A stretch of 64,000 bases of DNA, taken from NCBI GenBank assembly GCA_051294905.1, contig CM119371.1:29390001-29454000 (forward strand), read 5' to 3'. This DNA is from Botryllus schlosseri (lineage: Eukaryota). The notes beneath the pieces were generated by a model that saw only the letters and a program-made list of their open reading frames with translations, searched no databases and was not told where the DNA came from. Positions 23,479 to 36,000 of the stretch are shown in pieces; the stretch's first letter is position 1; every line of letters begins with the position of its first letter. The position numbers were made by a program, and so were the translations under genes.

Positions 23479-24885
23479 AACTAACCTATCACCTTGATAG
23501 GCATATTCCGAATGAAAACGCTCTTCGTCTCAGTATTATGTGGCAGACGCTTTCGAAGTTCTTTTCTACATTACCCGCTCACGCATCCGAGAATCTACTA
23601 GACTTCTCACGAACCTTAACGACACGACTTGTGAAATATGGGGGCGACAGAACGAATTCGTGCAACGATGTCAACGTGCTCTGCCAATAACGCTCGAAGT
23701 TCAATTGAAATGCAGAGATTCCGGTAACCCATTGCCAGTGTACTTGTCGAACAATTCTGCTCCGTGATGTTGAGACATTTTTCTAGCAATAGATCCATAT
23801 TCATTTATTTGTTTCATGTGTATTGACCGTTTTTCAATTGACTCTAATGACTTCTTGTGCATGTCAGGCCTACTGCCTATCGTTCACGACTAGACGTTGC
23901 ATATCCCATAACTGTGTAAAATTCATCAACACGCGAGATAGTAGTAAGATCAATTCATGTTAGCGGTGACGTTATCTCTTACGCCGAAAAGCTTTCGCAA
24001 CCCATACCTAATTGCGTACCATATAGAATTAGACAACGCTTGTAGTCGCGCAATTCTAAAATAATCTCACTCAACCGTTACTCGATCAACTATACTTTCT
24101 CGCCATCGAAGCTCTGTAATTTGCATGGCACTTGAATGTGTTGCCTCGCCATTTAGTGAATCCCTCTTCTAGTATTATTCACTATTCACTCCGATGGTAT
24201 CGGCTACGCTAGTAAATCCAAACGCTCTTTCTCTGGGTTGCGCAGATTCCAGATAACTTTAATTCGAATTCAAAATCACACTTCGAATTCAAAATCACAC
24301 GTCTCAAACGATTATACAATTACGCACACGTGGTTTTGAAATGATAATCACCGTACATCACTCGATCCAGTATATTCTGTCCACACCAAGTTTTGATCCG
24401 CACTGAAATGTTTTTCACAATTCGAACGAATAACTGTCCGCATGACGCCTCAACCGATTGGCTTTGTTAATATGCCAGTGGCCGTATTATTCGTACCCCA
24501 CGTCACTTGAATGATTTTGTGTTGTCACCAGTAATGAAGATGGACAATTACCGTTATACGTACTCCTTGTCTTTTCCGTCATCACTTGTATTAGTTACGC
24601 TGAAGGCTTATTAATCTCTTCGTATGTCATGAGTGTCCATTATTGAGCCTTTCACATTGTAAAGTGCGTCTTTATCGCTAAACGCATCATTTTGTCGTTA
24701 TAGCTTTACCAATACACCCACCTCACACTCGTTAGCCGTTAGAAAAATTAGAATTGTACTCGTATTCGAAACCTAATCTGTAATCACTACCGTGTCATGC
24801 TGGTAGATTCCTTCATTCGTGGTTATATCGTTGACTGATGTCGTGTCCATATTATATTCTAAAGCTTTACCAACCAGGGGGCCCT

Positions 24886-25137
24886 TGTAGCGTACCGCTC
24901 CATGATTAACCTATAATTACCCTCGCTGATCACTGATTATGTTACTGCTACGTCTTGTTGTGTTGCACTCTTTTATGTCAGTCGGCTTTTAGTCATCGTC
25001 GGAGGTGCAGTCGCTTTTAGTAACCGTCCGATGAACATCGCCGTCGTGTGTTAGTTGTTTTCATAAAAGAGTAATGCTAACGTCTACACCGAGCCGCGGA
25101 CCAAGAAGAACGCGCGCCCACGACAGAGCACGCTATA
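24886..25137 (+). repeat. 3' LTR
   Basis: Copy of the 5' LTR with a 17-bp extra segment; preceded by AGGGGG. Confidence 0.9.
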
Positions 25138-25521
25138 ACACCATGAGATAAGTCAACTAATGATAACGCAGTTCAACTCACAGTGCGTCGATGTTGTGAT
25201 TTAGTAATAGTTGTGCTGTTTTTCGACTGGGATGGTCATTTACGTCAGGGTGATATTCTTTAATTAGAGCCCGTAGCCGCAGGCTTGTAGCACGGCCCAC
25301 TTTTGGACTTATTCAAGACAACATTTACGGGGATCATATGTCGAGGAGGAGCCTTTATAAACTTACAACGCCTAAGTCGACATCGGTCTGACTTGATGCA
25401 GCAACCTATCGGTGTTGCAGCTATGGGACTCCACGCTTTCTCGCTACGCCAAATGCAGACAAAAATCAATACACGTTACACATGACTACACACGAGGGCG
25501 CGCGTATATTTTCAGTTGAAC

Positions 25522-28500
25522 TATAGATAACTAGCCTACGGATAGATGGGCAACACGTGACTCACGGTCGAGTGATGCGACAACGGCAGATTTGTTGTCG
25601 CTTCATAGCATGAAACGGGAGCGTAATTGATAATCCCATAGATGACGACCCGAGTGCTCAAATTAAATGAAGTTGATCTTATTTGAAAGCTACAGTCGCG
25701 CTGATTCTGATGATATACATTAAGCTTTCATCAAGGCAATGGAACCACTCCGAAATAGCCATCAAAGTCTGAAAATCGGCATTGTTCTAAACAATCGCAA
25801 CCACGCACGGACCGTTGTTATGGTCATTGTGCTGCGCCGTAGCAATGGGGCATTTCCACTTCATTTTGAACACTAGGGGCGATAAAGATAACTCGACCCA
25901 AAACTGTTTTGTTGTTATATGCTTTACTATGGGACTGGACTAAACATGGACCTAATTTCGTCTCTTGAAGTACAATAAGGATGGTGAAAGTATCCACATC
26001 AATATAAATCATCCATATGGATATCAAATAGCTGTTAGCGATGAAAAAGACGCTGTTTCTTGGCGTCTTGGAAGCGCTGAAATTATGATTGTATCCTTAT
26101 CACCAACTGTATTGGTTTATATTCCCCATTTAGCACTCATAACTACACCAGATGGACTGGATTCCACCCAAACCCTTTCTAGATGTATTATGACCTTGGC
26201 CAAATAGCTGTCTGATTGAAAGACTTCATGTATTTCAATACCTTCCTATCCTTTTATCTCATCACTATCTGTTGGTGTTTTTAAATGATAAAATACTATA
26301 ACAATACCAACTAGATTTCATCCTCTCCGATGATTGACAATTGAAGGATGAACCATGTACCAGTTGTATTGTTGCAACTATAATACTAATTAATACCAAC
26401 TAGATCTCATCCTCTCTGATGATTGACAATTAAATGATGTACCAGCTGTATTGTTGCAGTTATCTTGAACAAGCAAAGTATCTCGAATATTTTTTCGCCC
26501 GACACAGGAAATAAATTGTATAGTAAGCACATAAACTTTCTAAGTAACGTATCATTCATGGTCATTTTATTACTCGGTTACATAATAATTATTTAACTTG
26601 GTTGAAGGAATGTCAACCCGCTATTTGAGAAACCCATGTATGGGACTGCTCTAAGACACGAAGCAAAATACTACGGTGGAAACCCAATTGATACAAATAG
26701 CATCACCATATCCAAGAATAATCAAATAGAATAATAATGAGAAACTTTCAGATTGTAACACAAAAATGAGCTCGCAAGCATTGGTCATTCTTGATCATCT
26801 CGTTAGTTGTATTTGAAAATCTAGAAGGTTTTAGCAAAGTTCGTTGCGCTACCAACATAATGTATCAGACAGTGGCGGCTCGTCCTATAGGGCAACTGGG
26901 GCATTGCCCCACCTAAAATTCTGTTCAATAACAATTTAACCATTCATAGACGCACAGCGCTCAATGTATACCGAGATCACAGCGAAACCCGCGTTCTTCT
27001 TGTGCTTTCGCTTGCAAATGCCCATACATAGAGAAGTCTCTGCGAAAATCGAATTCTCTTCTGTGTTTTCGCTTTGTGAATGCCTAGCCGGGGCTTGCCC
27101 CGGTAGCGCTCATAACAAGCTTTCACTATCTATTCTCTCAAAGCCGCGCACAATTAAGAAACGGTGATATACTCTCTCCTATTCGTAAAATGGCCGAGCA
27201 ACCGGGGCATATATGCCTGTCGCCCCTAAGGTGTGATGTAACAATCGTATCTATATCTGAACTCGGATCCGTGATATGCGTTGAGTCGACCTTTGCTGGT
27301 ATAGGTCGATTTTGATGGTGTTTCACACCATGAAAACTCTTGAAACTTGGTATGTCATGTCGTGATGGTGGTATTTAACACTGCCCCAAGTTTCAGGGTT
27401 TCTACTTAAAGTTTAGGGTAGTAATTCCGTTTCCGAAGTTGCGTGTGTGCTGATCCGTCATGTATCGCAAACAGATTTTATTCAAAAGCCGGTATTGGTA
27501 TCCATTGATTTTGACGATGTTCAATACTGAGATCGGTTATTAAATTTGGCACGTAAGTCTTGATGTTAGTATCGAACGCTGTACCAAGTTTTAAGTTTGT
27601 CACTGAACTGTGTTAGTGGTAATTTCGTTTCCTAATTCGAGTGAGAGCTGACTCGTCATTTATCGCTAACAGATTATACGCAAAGCCGGTATTGGTATCT
27701 ATTGATTTTAACGGTGCTCCTTACCTAGATCCGTCATAAGCTTTTTTGCACGGTATGTCTTGGTTTTAGTATCGAACGCTGTGCCAAGTCTCAAGGTTGA
27801 CACTCAGTGATTAGGGCAGTAATTTCGTTATCAAGGTCGAGTATGGTAGAGATGTGCTCCGATCTGACACTTTAGCATACAACGCATTGCGGATTTCACG
27901 CAAAAGCCGGTGTATCTGCGGTAACGTTAACTTAGATGATGATATCATTCTCAGTTTGCATTCAAATATTTACTTTGATATTATATTCTCCAATGTCAAC
28001 TTCACCGTGAAATTGTGGCCTTAGAGCCATTTGCTCACAACCCCCTGCTGTCAAGCGCGATAGCTATTTCGTTTTCGATGGCGGCTAACAGCTGATCACT
28101 TGATCAGCCTATTCCTCAGTAAATTTTGCGCAAAATTCGGTGTTGGTCTGTTCGCATTAATTTTGACAGTGTACCATACCGAAAAGAGCCATGAGACCAC
28201 TTCTCGATGATGTCATGTAACAGTGTACTGAGTTTAAAGCTTTCATCCACGTATTTATTCGGTAATATATTTTCCAAAGGCGATTTCGCAGCAGACCTAT
28301 AGAGAGTAATAAAGCCGTATGTGTCGTGTTACAGTCTCCAGTTTCAAGGCCAAAATCTCCTATGCAGTACCGAGACCGAATTTCCGAGGCTGCTATTCTT
28401 AGTTCTTCAGAATGATGTTTTGGATTCAATATGACAGGCCCAATCTCTGAGATAACAATTGCGTATCTGTCCGAACTCGTTGACCTTTCCAGTTAGGCTT

Positions 28501-29944
28501 ACGTTATCTCTCGAGTTCTAGTCATTTCCAGGTCTAGTGCGAACATGAACCGTGTTGAATCTCTGTTCCGTACGCCGTTTACGCAGTTACCACACTTCAA
28601 GTCACAGCTCACCGGCGGACCTCTCGTGGCACATACGTTAAAACCACTGTTGCCGGCAAATTCATGTTACCGTACCATCATTAAGATACTTGTTTACGTT
28701 GGAAAACGCCATTGTGACGTCATCTTAATAAAAAGTCGCTTGCAGCCCTTGCCCCACCACCCGATATTGTCACGAGCCGCCACTGGTATCAGATACATAT
28801 AATAAGAGTCCTTGTACCGAGCAGCCTACAATAGTCGATAATCGTCAGATTATACTTTCATCTGAACAACGCACACGCAATGTACAATGCGATGCAACGA
28901 ACGAGTGGAACGACCAGTTGCGGTCTCTGGCATCCATCTCGGCCCAGTGTCCGATGTCACAGCTGCTTTTTACATATCGTTCTCTTTTCCGCAGCTCTTT
29001 CTTGCTTTTTCCATTCTTGCAAGTGCGCTCTTTCATCGGGTATCCTGTTTTGTCGAGGCCATATGTGATCGTTTGCTTCACTGTCGTACAAGTAAGCATA
29101 ATTTCCATGTCTTTCAGTTGGCAGTACAAAAATGACATCATGCTTCCAATATTGAAGTTTCATCAGCTTCATTGTAATTCAAACACATGATTTTTATATG
29201 TTGTAGGACCACACAGCAACAACTGCACATGGCATGATTTTCCATAACGCACTCCACGCTCATGGGGGAGCTGATTTACTGCAAGATAAGCAGAATAAAT
29301 CATGTTGGTGAAATGATATTCTGCAGACAACTTTTCCAGGACCAGGCATCCATACCTCTTCTTTGTAAACGGAACCATCCTCACGATAACTTTCTATTTC
29401 TAATTGATTCATCTTTTGAGATCAAATGACCGTCATCCTTACACAATGAGCACAGCCATATCATACGACTCTCGAAAATTAACAGCAATGTAAGCTGCCA
29501 GGATGTCTATGTCCATCACGAGGACAAGACGCCAAGAAATAGCATCATTTTCGTCGGTAACAGCTATTTGATATCCATATGGATGATTGATATTGATATT
29601 GATACTTTCACCATCCTCGTTGTACTTCAAGAGACGAAATTAGGTCCATGTTTAGTCCAGTCCCATAGTAAAGCATATAGCAACAAAACAGTTTTGGGTC
29701 GAGTTATCTTTATCGCCCCTAGTGTTCAAAATGAAGTGGAAATGCCCCATTGTTTACAACATTGCCGATATTCAGACTTTGAAGGCTATTTCGGGGTGGT
29801 TCCATTGCCTTGATGAAAGCCTAATGTATATTATCAGAATCAGTGCGACAATAGCTTTCAAATAAGATCAACTTTATTGCCGTTGTCGCATCACTCGACC
29901 GTGAGTCACGTGTTGCCCATCTATCCGTAGGTTAGTTATCTATA
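25522..29944. mobile_element. Long-TIR (foldback) DNA transposon, P/Galileo-like
   Basis: Ends TATAGATAACTA...TAGTTATCTATA; inverted homology of about 400-550 bp; 7-bp TSD GTTGAAC; empty site in copy B near 39989. Confidence 0.8.
26870..28785. mobile_element. hAT non-autonomous element nested in the P-like element
   Basis: TIR CAGTGGCGGCTCGT; perfect TSD GTATCAGA; internal tandem units of about 200 bp at about 27310-27910. Confidence 0.88.
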
Positions 29945-31904
29945 GTTGAACACAATGATGTTCTGAATCTGAGCAGCCTGCGTCGCTGCAATTGTTTGCT
30001 CATTGTTACACCAAATCGGACTGGATTGCTGCATTCCCGATCAACGGTCATAGAGCCTTTGGATGAAGGAATTAATTCAAATTCGCAGGCACACATAAAA
30101 TCACATTGTCCAATTCGGCGCCCCAATCAAAATGCCAGGCCGAATATCTGGTTCATTAATTATTGCGAGCACGTACAGTGTCGCATACGTGGCCTGCCGC
30201 GAACATGAGATCAAAAAAATTGGCGATTTTTTTTGAGATCTCAAAATAAGTCAAAATTTTGTCAAAATTGTAGCGTTACTTCCAAAAATCGTCAAAATTG
30301 TTTTCAAAGTCATTTTTTTTGCAACCTGCATTTCGTTTGTACCGTAGATGTTTACCACTTGACATTTTACAGCTTGTAGCCTACTTTACAGGCCTACTGT
30401 TGTAGACGGCCCATTGTCTGCTCGATGTGAATAATTAACGGTCGAATGAAACTGAAACTGAAGCAAGACTGCGGGGCCATTGGTTCTTAGATATTAAGAA
30501 GCTCCTGATGAAAAATTGTTATGTAGCCTATACATCATTGTCATAATGAAGCAAGACGGTGTGTCACTAGCAGTGTACGCACAACTTCAGTGTTGACAGA
30601 CAACAATTGCTGCTGTTGAACGTTCTTTATCCATTCTTGGGAAGCTACTTAGTGAAGACAGAAAAAAATGTGGCGAGGTAGCGAAGTCATTGTTGACACG
30701 CGAGGGTCGTGAAAAAAACTAGATTTGCCGACTAAAAAACACTAGATAGACAAAAAATACACCATATAGTTTCGGAATTTAGGTCAAATCTATCGCATAT
30801 ATCATACAATATGAGGGAAATGCATTGAATAACACCAATGAATTTAGTAGAAGACTTAACATCTTTATCACGTTTTCTGAAATCTTTTTCATATCAGACA
30901 ATTTTGGCAATTATTTATTTCCCATTAGCCAATTTAAATTTATTTCGATTTTAAGGTAAAACAGATTCTCGCGAATATAAATGATATCCATTACATTCAA
31001 TCATAAGCCCACATCCAATCTGAATTAGGGATATGAAAATTTAGGAGCGTCATACACTTACATATCAATGAGTGATTTTCTTGCTTTTCCACAGTGAAAG
31101 GATCAAAGAAAGCTACACAGGGACATTTTAATAAATCAAAAACATTCAAGCCAACTCACGATAGGCGATCAAGAATGTCCCATGCAAAATTAGACTTGAG
31201 CGTTGAGACGTCACGCAATTTTTCAATTCAAATGTTGTACCCCCAACACATATATGCCTCCCTGGCAACACCACGGATATATAACTAAGTGTATAGGCCT
31301 ATACCAGCGCTACGCAGAAATCACCATCATTCATGAATTTGTCCAGGCAATTAGGCCAAGGTATCATACTCGTTTCTGTCATCGGCTAGCTTCTCGGACT
31401 TAAAATCCGGTCCCAGGCTAGGATAAAAACAGGGGCCAGGTTGCCCGCTGGTCCCGTTTATCTCAGTTTTTGTCTTAAAAACTTCTTCCGTACTAAGACA
31501 TGACGATTAGATTATTAACAAACTGTCAGTCATGGCCTGGCCAACTCCCGTACATGACATTCTCTAGTCCAGAATATACGTATCTATATTATCGCCATTG
31601 CATATCTGTAAAAGGTGTCGAAATTGCTGGATTTAACCTCAAGATCTTCACTCCGCTAGTGATAGATGGAGCGACATCAAGGCAATTTACCTTTGTTTGT
31701 TCTTGTGATAAATTAGCAAGTGTTGATGGATAATAATAATTATTCCTTAACCAATATTTTATTTTAAAGTACATCAAAATATCTTCAATCAAATGTATTT
31801 TCCTGAAAAACAGTAGATTTGCAGAATCTTTATAAAAAATACACTACAAGTCAAGTCAAAATACACTAAATCTATACACTAAATCTAGTGTAAAACACCA
31901 GTAG

Positions 31905-32070
31905 TGGCACCATTGAGCGTAGTGGTGTAATCCGCGACGATACAACACCAATGTGTTGTTGGTTCGAGTTCGCCCGAGGTCGACTCCAGAACTACCACCT
32001 AAGTTTTTCAGGTTTATCATAGGCTCTTCCCCGCAATATCAGCCTGGTGTAAATGACCACTGTAGTCGCG
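31905..32070 (+). mobile_element. tRNA-derived SINE, family B
   Basis: A-box-like GCGTAGTGGTGT and B-box-like GGTTCGAGTTC followed by the family core ACCTAAG...CCTGGTGTAAATGACCA. Confidence 0.6.
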
Positions 32071-32668
32071 AAACATCACGAATACCACCGCCACAATGAA
32101 AGACACTTTCGTAACGAGAATGCAGGAACGTATCTTTCGCGATACTAAAACAGATTTTTATAATTTCTACCATTACTGCGTGATGTAACTACTGGAATTT
32201 TCCATAGGTCCAGATTTCGGCAAAATGAAGTTTTTTCGTGTAAAATGTGTCAGTTTATAAGTCAAAGGCCAAACTACTTCGTAAGGACAGAAAGTTCCTA
32301 CCAGTAATTAAAATAAGTAGGCTAGGGCAAATCCAACGACGTGTGGGAAAACACCTAATTCACAAACATGAGGGCGAAATGTTTTCAAAATCAAGTTTAC
32401 AATGTCGAAAAATGTGAAGATTTTGATTTCTTAGGTGCAAATCTTTTCTGGTCTGGGCACAAATTTTATGTTGATTCCCGCTTCAATCGCCATTAGAGTA
32501 TTTGATTGGACGCTCTCTACACGCGGTACTTTAAACTCCTCGCATAATGCATGTTGATTTTGTTAGGAGTTGGGGGGGGGGTGTGTGTGTGATTATCTCT
32601 TACTACTATCTCTCTCTCTAGTAGTTTCCCTAAACGCATGAGCGATCTCGTCTTCTTGTTGTTGTGAT

Positions 32669-34976
32669 CACTGGCGTAGCCAGCGAGGGGCGAAAGGGGC
32701 GATCGCCCCCCCCAAATTTCTGGAAAATTTTTCGTAAAATCAATCAATATAACATTCTTTTAAGGCAGATGAATGCAACCTAAAAAATTTCTTCGCGCTT
32801 CGCGCGATTTCGTGTCCATGGTCATAACTGTCTTGATTTTATGATCGGTGTCCCGAAAAAACATCTTCCGCAAATACCCACAATTGAATTTAGCTGCATT
32901 CTTAATTATGAGAATACAACAGTATCAGTAGATACACGATAGTAACCCAACGTCGTTGGGTTGATTGAGTCTAGAATTGTCAGTTCAGTATGGGGATTGG
33001 GGACTGTTAGCTCCGACAATTTCCGTTACGGGACACACGAAGACATAGAAAGTAGGTTACATGCGACTCCGCAAAGTGCGCTCCCAAATTGATTGACGGC
33101 CATAAAACCGACGCATGTATTCGATATAGATTTTCGGGTGCTTAAATGGCTGGCGCCTAATGATCCTGTCCCTGCAATCAGACTTCTCCGACATGAATGC
33201 AACTGGCACAGGAAAATATCGCCACATCCCGTTAAAAAGTGCTAATTTGAAATCGCACGGCATGGCATATATATGGTATATATATATATATCAGCAATTC
33301 CAATCTCTGAACTAGCATCAATCTTTACCAGAGGTCAATAAATAACCGTGCTTCAACGAAGTAATTAAGAAGACTGGAATCCACTTGCTCATATACACGC
33401 ACCAATATTATTGATCAAATACTTTCATTTATTCAAAAACATTTACGCTCCGCGCGACTAGGTCCGAAATTCACACTGATTTCCATCACTTCGTGAAACG
33501 ATCGCCTAATACAAGATATTTGGCAACTGGAAGCTTCCAAAGGGTATGTGTGCGTCCAAGAATCGCATGAATAAAGGGTAGTGATGAAAATTGCCCATGG
33601 CAGGATGTACGGTTCTGCGAGGTGTTTCCACGGGGAAGCTTCCTTAAACTCATAACCCCCCCCCCGCAATAACAAAATATGTAATTCTGCCTACGATCTT
33701 GTGTGTGAGCGATCTCTTGAGTGGTGACAGCTTTCTCCGCAAGTCATGAAGTAACAGCAATAAATGACAACTGCCCCGTCCGGCGCCCACCCTATAGCAA
33801 CTCTAAATCAGTGGTTCTCAACCTTTTTGTCGTCGTGAACCCTCTTTGCACCTTCACGTACCCCCGCGGACCCCCAGTTCTTATTTCAAATTTGCCTCTA
33901 TTATCATGCAACCTTCATCTGTCTTGTGCAATTATTAACAGTAGGCTAGTGATAAACAACAGTAAATGACATTTCTTGAAAATAACATCGACTGTTTATT
34001 ATTTTAAAGCGAATTCTGTAGCTGCATTTCTTGAAAGACAGGGCCATGTTTTGAAAATCCACGTCGTCGATTTGATATGAACGAGTGCCGAAAATCCATT
34101 TCCACAAAGATAGGTGGTGGCGAATGTAATAATAACGCGTAACGCTTCCGACGGCACATTTGGCTATTATGGCAACATACATGGATCAATATATCCTCCA
34201 GCCTATAGTCATTTCTATCTAGCAGCTCAACGTGAAGTTATTCTGGAATAGCGGTCGTGTATGTCATAGAAGAAAATGGATCTCTGCATACAATTTTTTT
34301 CAAAACCCCAGCAAAACATCCCTAAACTTATATGTTAGTATAAGTAGGCTATCGGCAATTAAAATGACGTTGCACGGTGAAATATTTCATCTCAGACGGC
34401 CATTCTCTGTTTATGTAAGTCCTGAACTTTTAGCAGTTATGAAGCGAAAGTGCTTCATCATCTCTCTAAATTAAAACAAACCCAAAATATTTTATTATTA
34501 TTGGTTTATCAACCATTTTGCAAATTTTGAGTTTTCGTGGATCCCTTGAAAATGCTTTGCGGACCCCCTGTTGAGAACCACTGCTCAAAATAGTCTTGCC
34601 GTGTGGTAGGAACATAGTTCAAGTGTACTAGCCCTGAATATTCGATGACACCACTTCTATCAGCCTTGCCGGTAAATCTGATAATGAAAACGTATTTGCA
34701 ATATGCAAGTAACAATATTATAAACAATCTTCATTCTTTACCAAAAATTTTCGCGCTTAGCGCGAAAGTGTTGACGTCAGAGTTATCCACAATCACACAT
34801 CACTTTATACGTGTGGAAGATATGCATAAAGATCGCCTCAAATGTTGTGTTAATCATCCAATAACTGCCCAAGACCATCGTTTTTAACCCATTTTTCCTT
34901 ATCTTCAAGTGGGCGGGGCTCATTTACGTCATCGAATTTTTCGCCCCCCCAAATATTTTTTCTGGCTACGCCCTTG
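32669..34976. mobile_element. hAT non-autonomous element (copy A only)
   Basis: TIR CACTGGCGTAGCCAG / CTGGCTACGCCCTTG; perfect TSD GTTGTGAT. Confidence 0.85.
33809..34583. mobile_element. Charlie/Buster-type MITE nested in 32669-34976
   Basis: TIR CAGTGGTTCTCAAC; TSD CTCTAAAT/CTCAAAAT. Confidence 0.82.
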
Positions 34977-35699
34977 GTTGTGATTGTGCGACGTGCGTGC
35001 ATGTATGTATTGGCACCCACGTCTTGTGAGTTGTTGGAGCAATAGGGATTAGCCTAGTCGATGCCACTGTTCTTTTGTATTTCAGTTTGATCATTTATTA
35101 CGGTATTTAACCTATGAATAAATGCAAAGTTGCACACCTAGTTGTTATTAGTACAATGCCTCGCTCCAAATATATTTGCATCAAATGTATATACCCTGCT
35201 AAATGACTAGTAATTATGCAATCCGGTATACAGACAGGTGCATAGACGAAAAGGTAAAAGCGCCTTCTAATGTTACGCTTATGAAATTAAAATCTAAACT
35301 ATTCGTGTGCAGATTTTTCTACTTCTGTCAAAACCCTGGTCAATGTATGAAAACATAAATGTAGATATGTAGCCTACTGTATGTGTATTTGTTTGGAAAT
35401 ATCCTTCCGACGGCATAGGCTCGTGATCACAGTAAACCTTCACGGAGGTTGTCATACGAACCATAACCTTTTAGGAGCTGTCGCCATCCGCAATAAATTT
35501 TATACCCTCGCCACGAATCCGATTAACTTGAATTGTCTAGCAAATAAACTCGCGAAGTGCAAACAAGGAATACCCATCGTAGGTTTTCTTTCGGTTTCCT
35601 GTGTAAGCAAACGAGACGCCTTCCCCGGAATAGATCTGGCTGATTTCATGGACGCGCATAAAATAAAATTGTACTCCCTACATCAATCAAGTAGTCTTC

Positions 35700-36000
35700 G
35701 TTTGGTGGTTGCATTTTGCGCTGTTGTTGTTTGTGGTATGCATGTCTTTTCTCGACGACTATGGTCATTTAAACCAGGCCTATATTCCTTAAATATTGTT
35801 CCGTATCTTCCGACTTGCGTCACGGCCCACTTCCATGGACTTTTTGTAAGACACCGCTGACGAGGATGAGATGATGAGGAGGAACCTAGATAAACCTCCA
35901 ACTACTTATAGGCAGGAATCGACCTCGGTCGGACTCCAGCCCACAACCCATTGGTGTTGTCGATGTGGCTTGCCACTATTACGTTATCTCGCCACGTGCG
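35700..36000 (-). mobile_element. tRNA-derived SINE family B (paralog at about 42000-42305)
   Basis: Reverse complement of the family core at 40850-41010. Confidence 0.55.

Larger units (their letters stand above)
20203..25137 (+). mobile_element. Non-autonomous LTR retrotransposon (Gypsy-like)
   Basis: Direct repeats 20203-20437 and 24886-25137; PBS 20441-20458; purine tract before the 3' LTR; 4-bp TSD ACAC; no recognisable pol. Confidence 0.9.

Noticed and set aside
32454..35136. Solo LTR (TG...CA with AATAAA) interrupted by the 32669 hAT element
   Set aside because: Plausible, but no TSD and no second copy in the window to define it.
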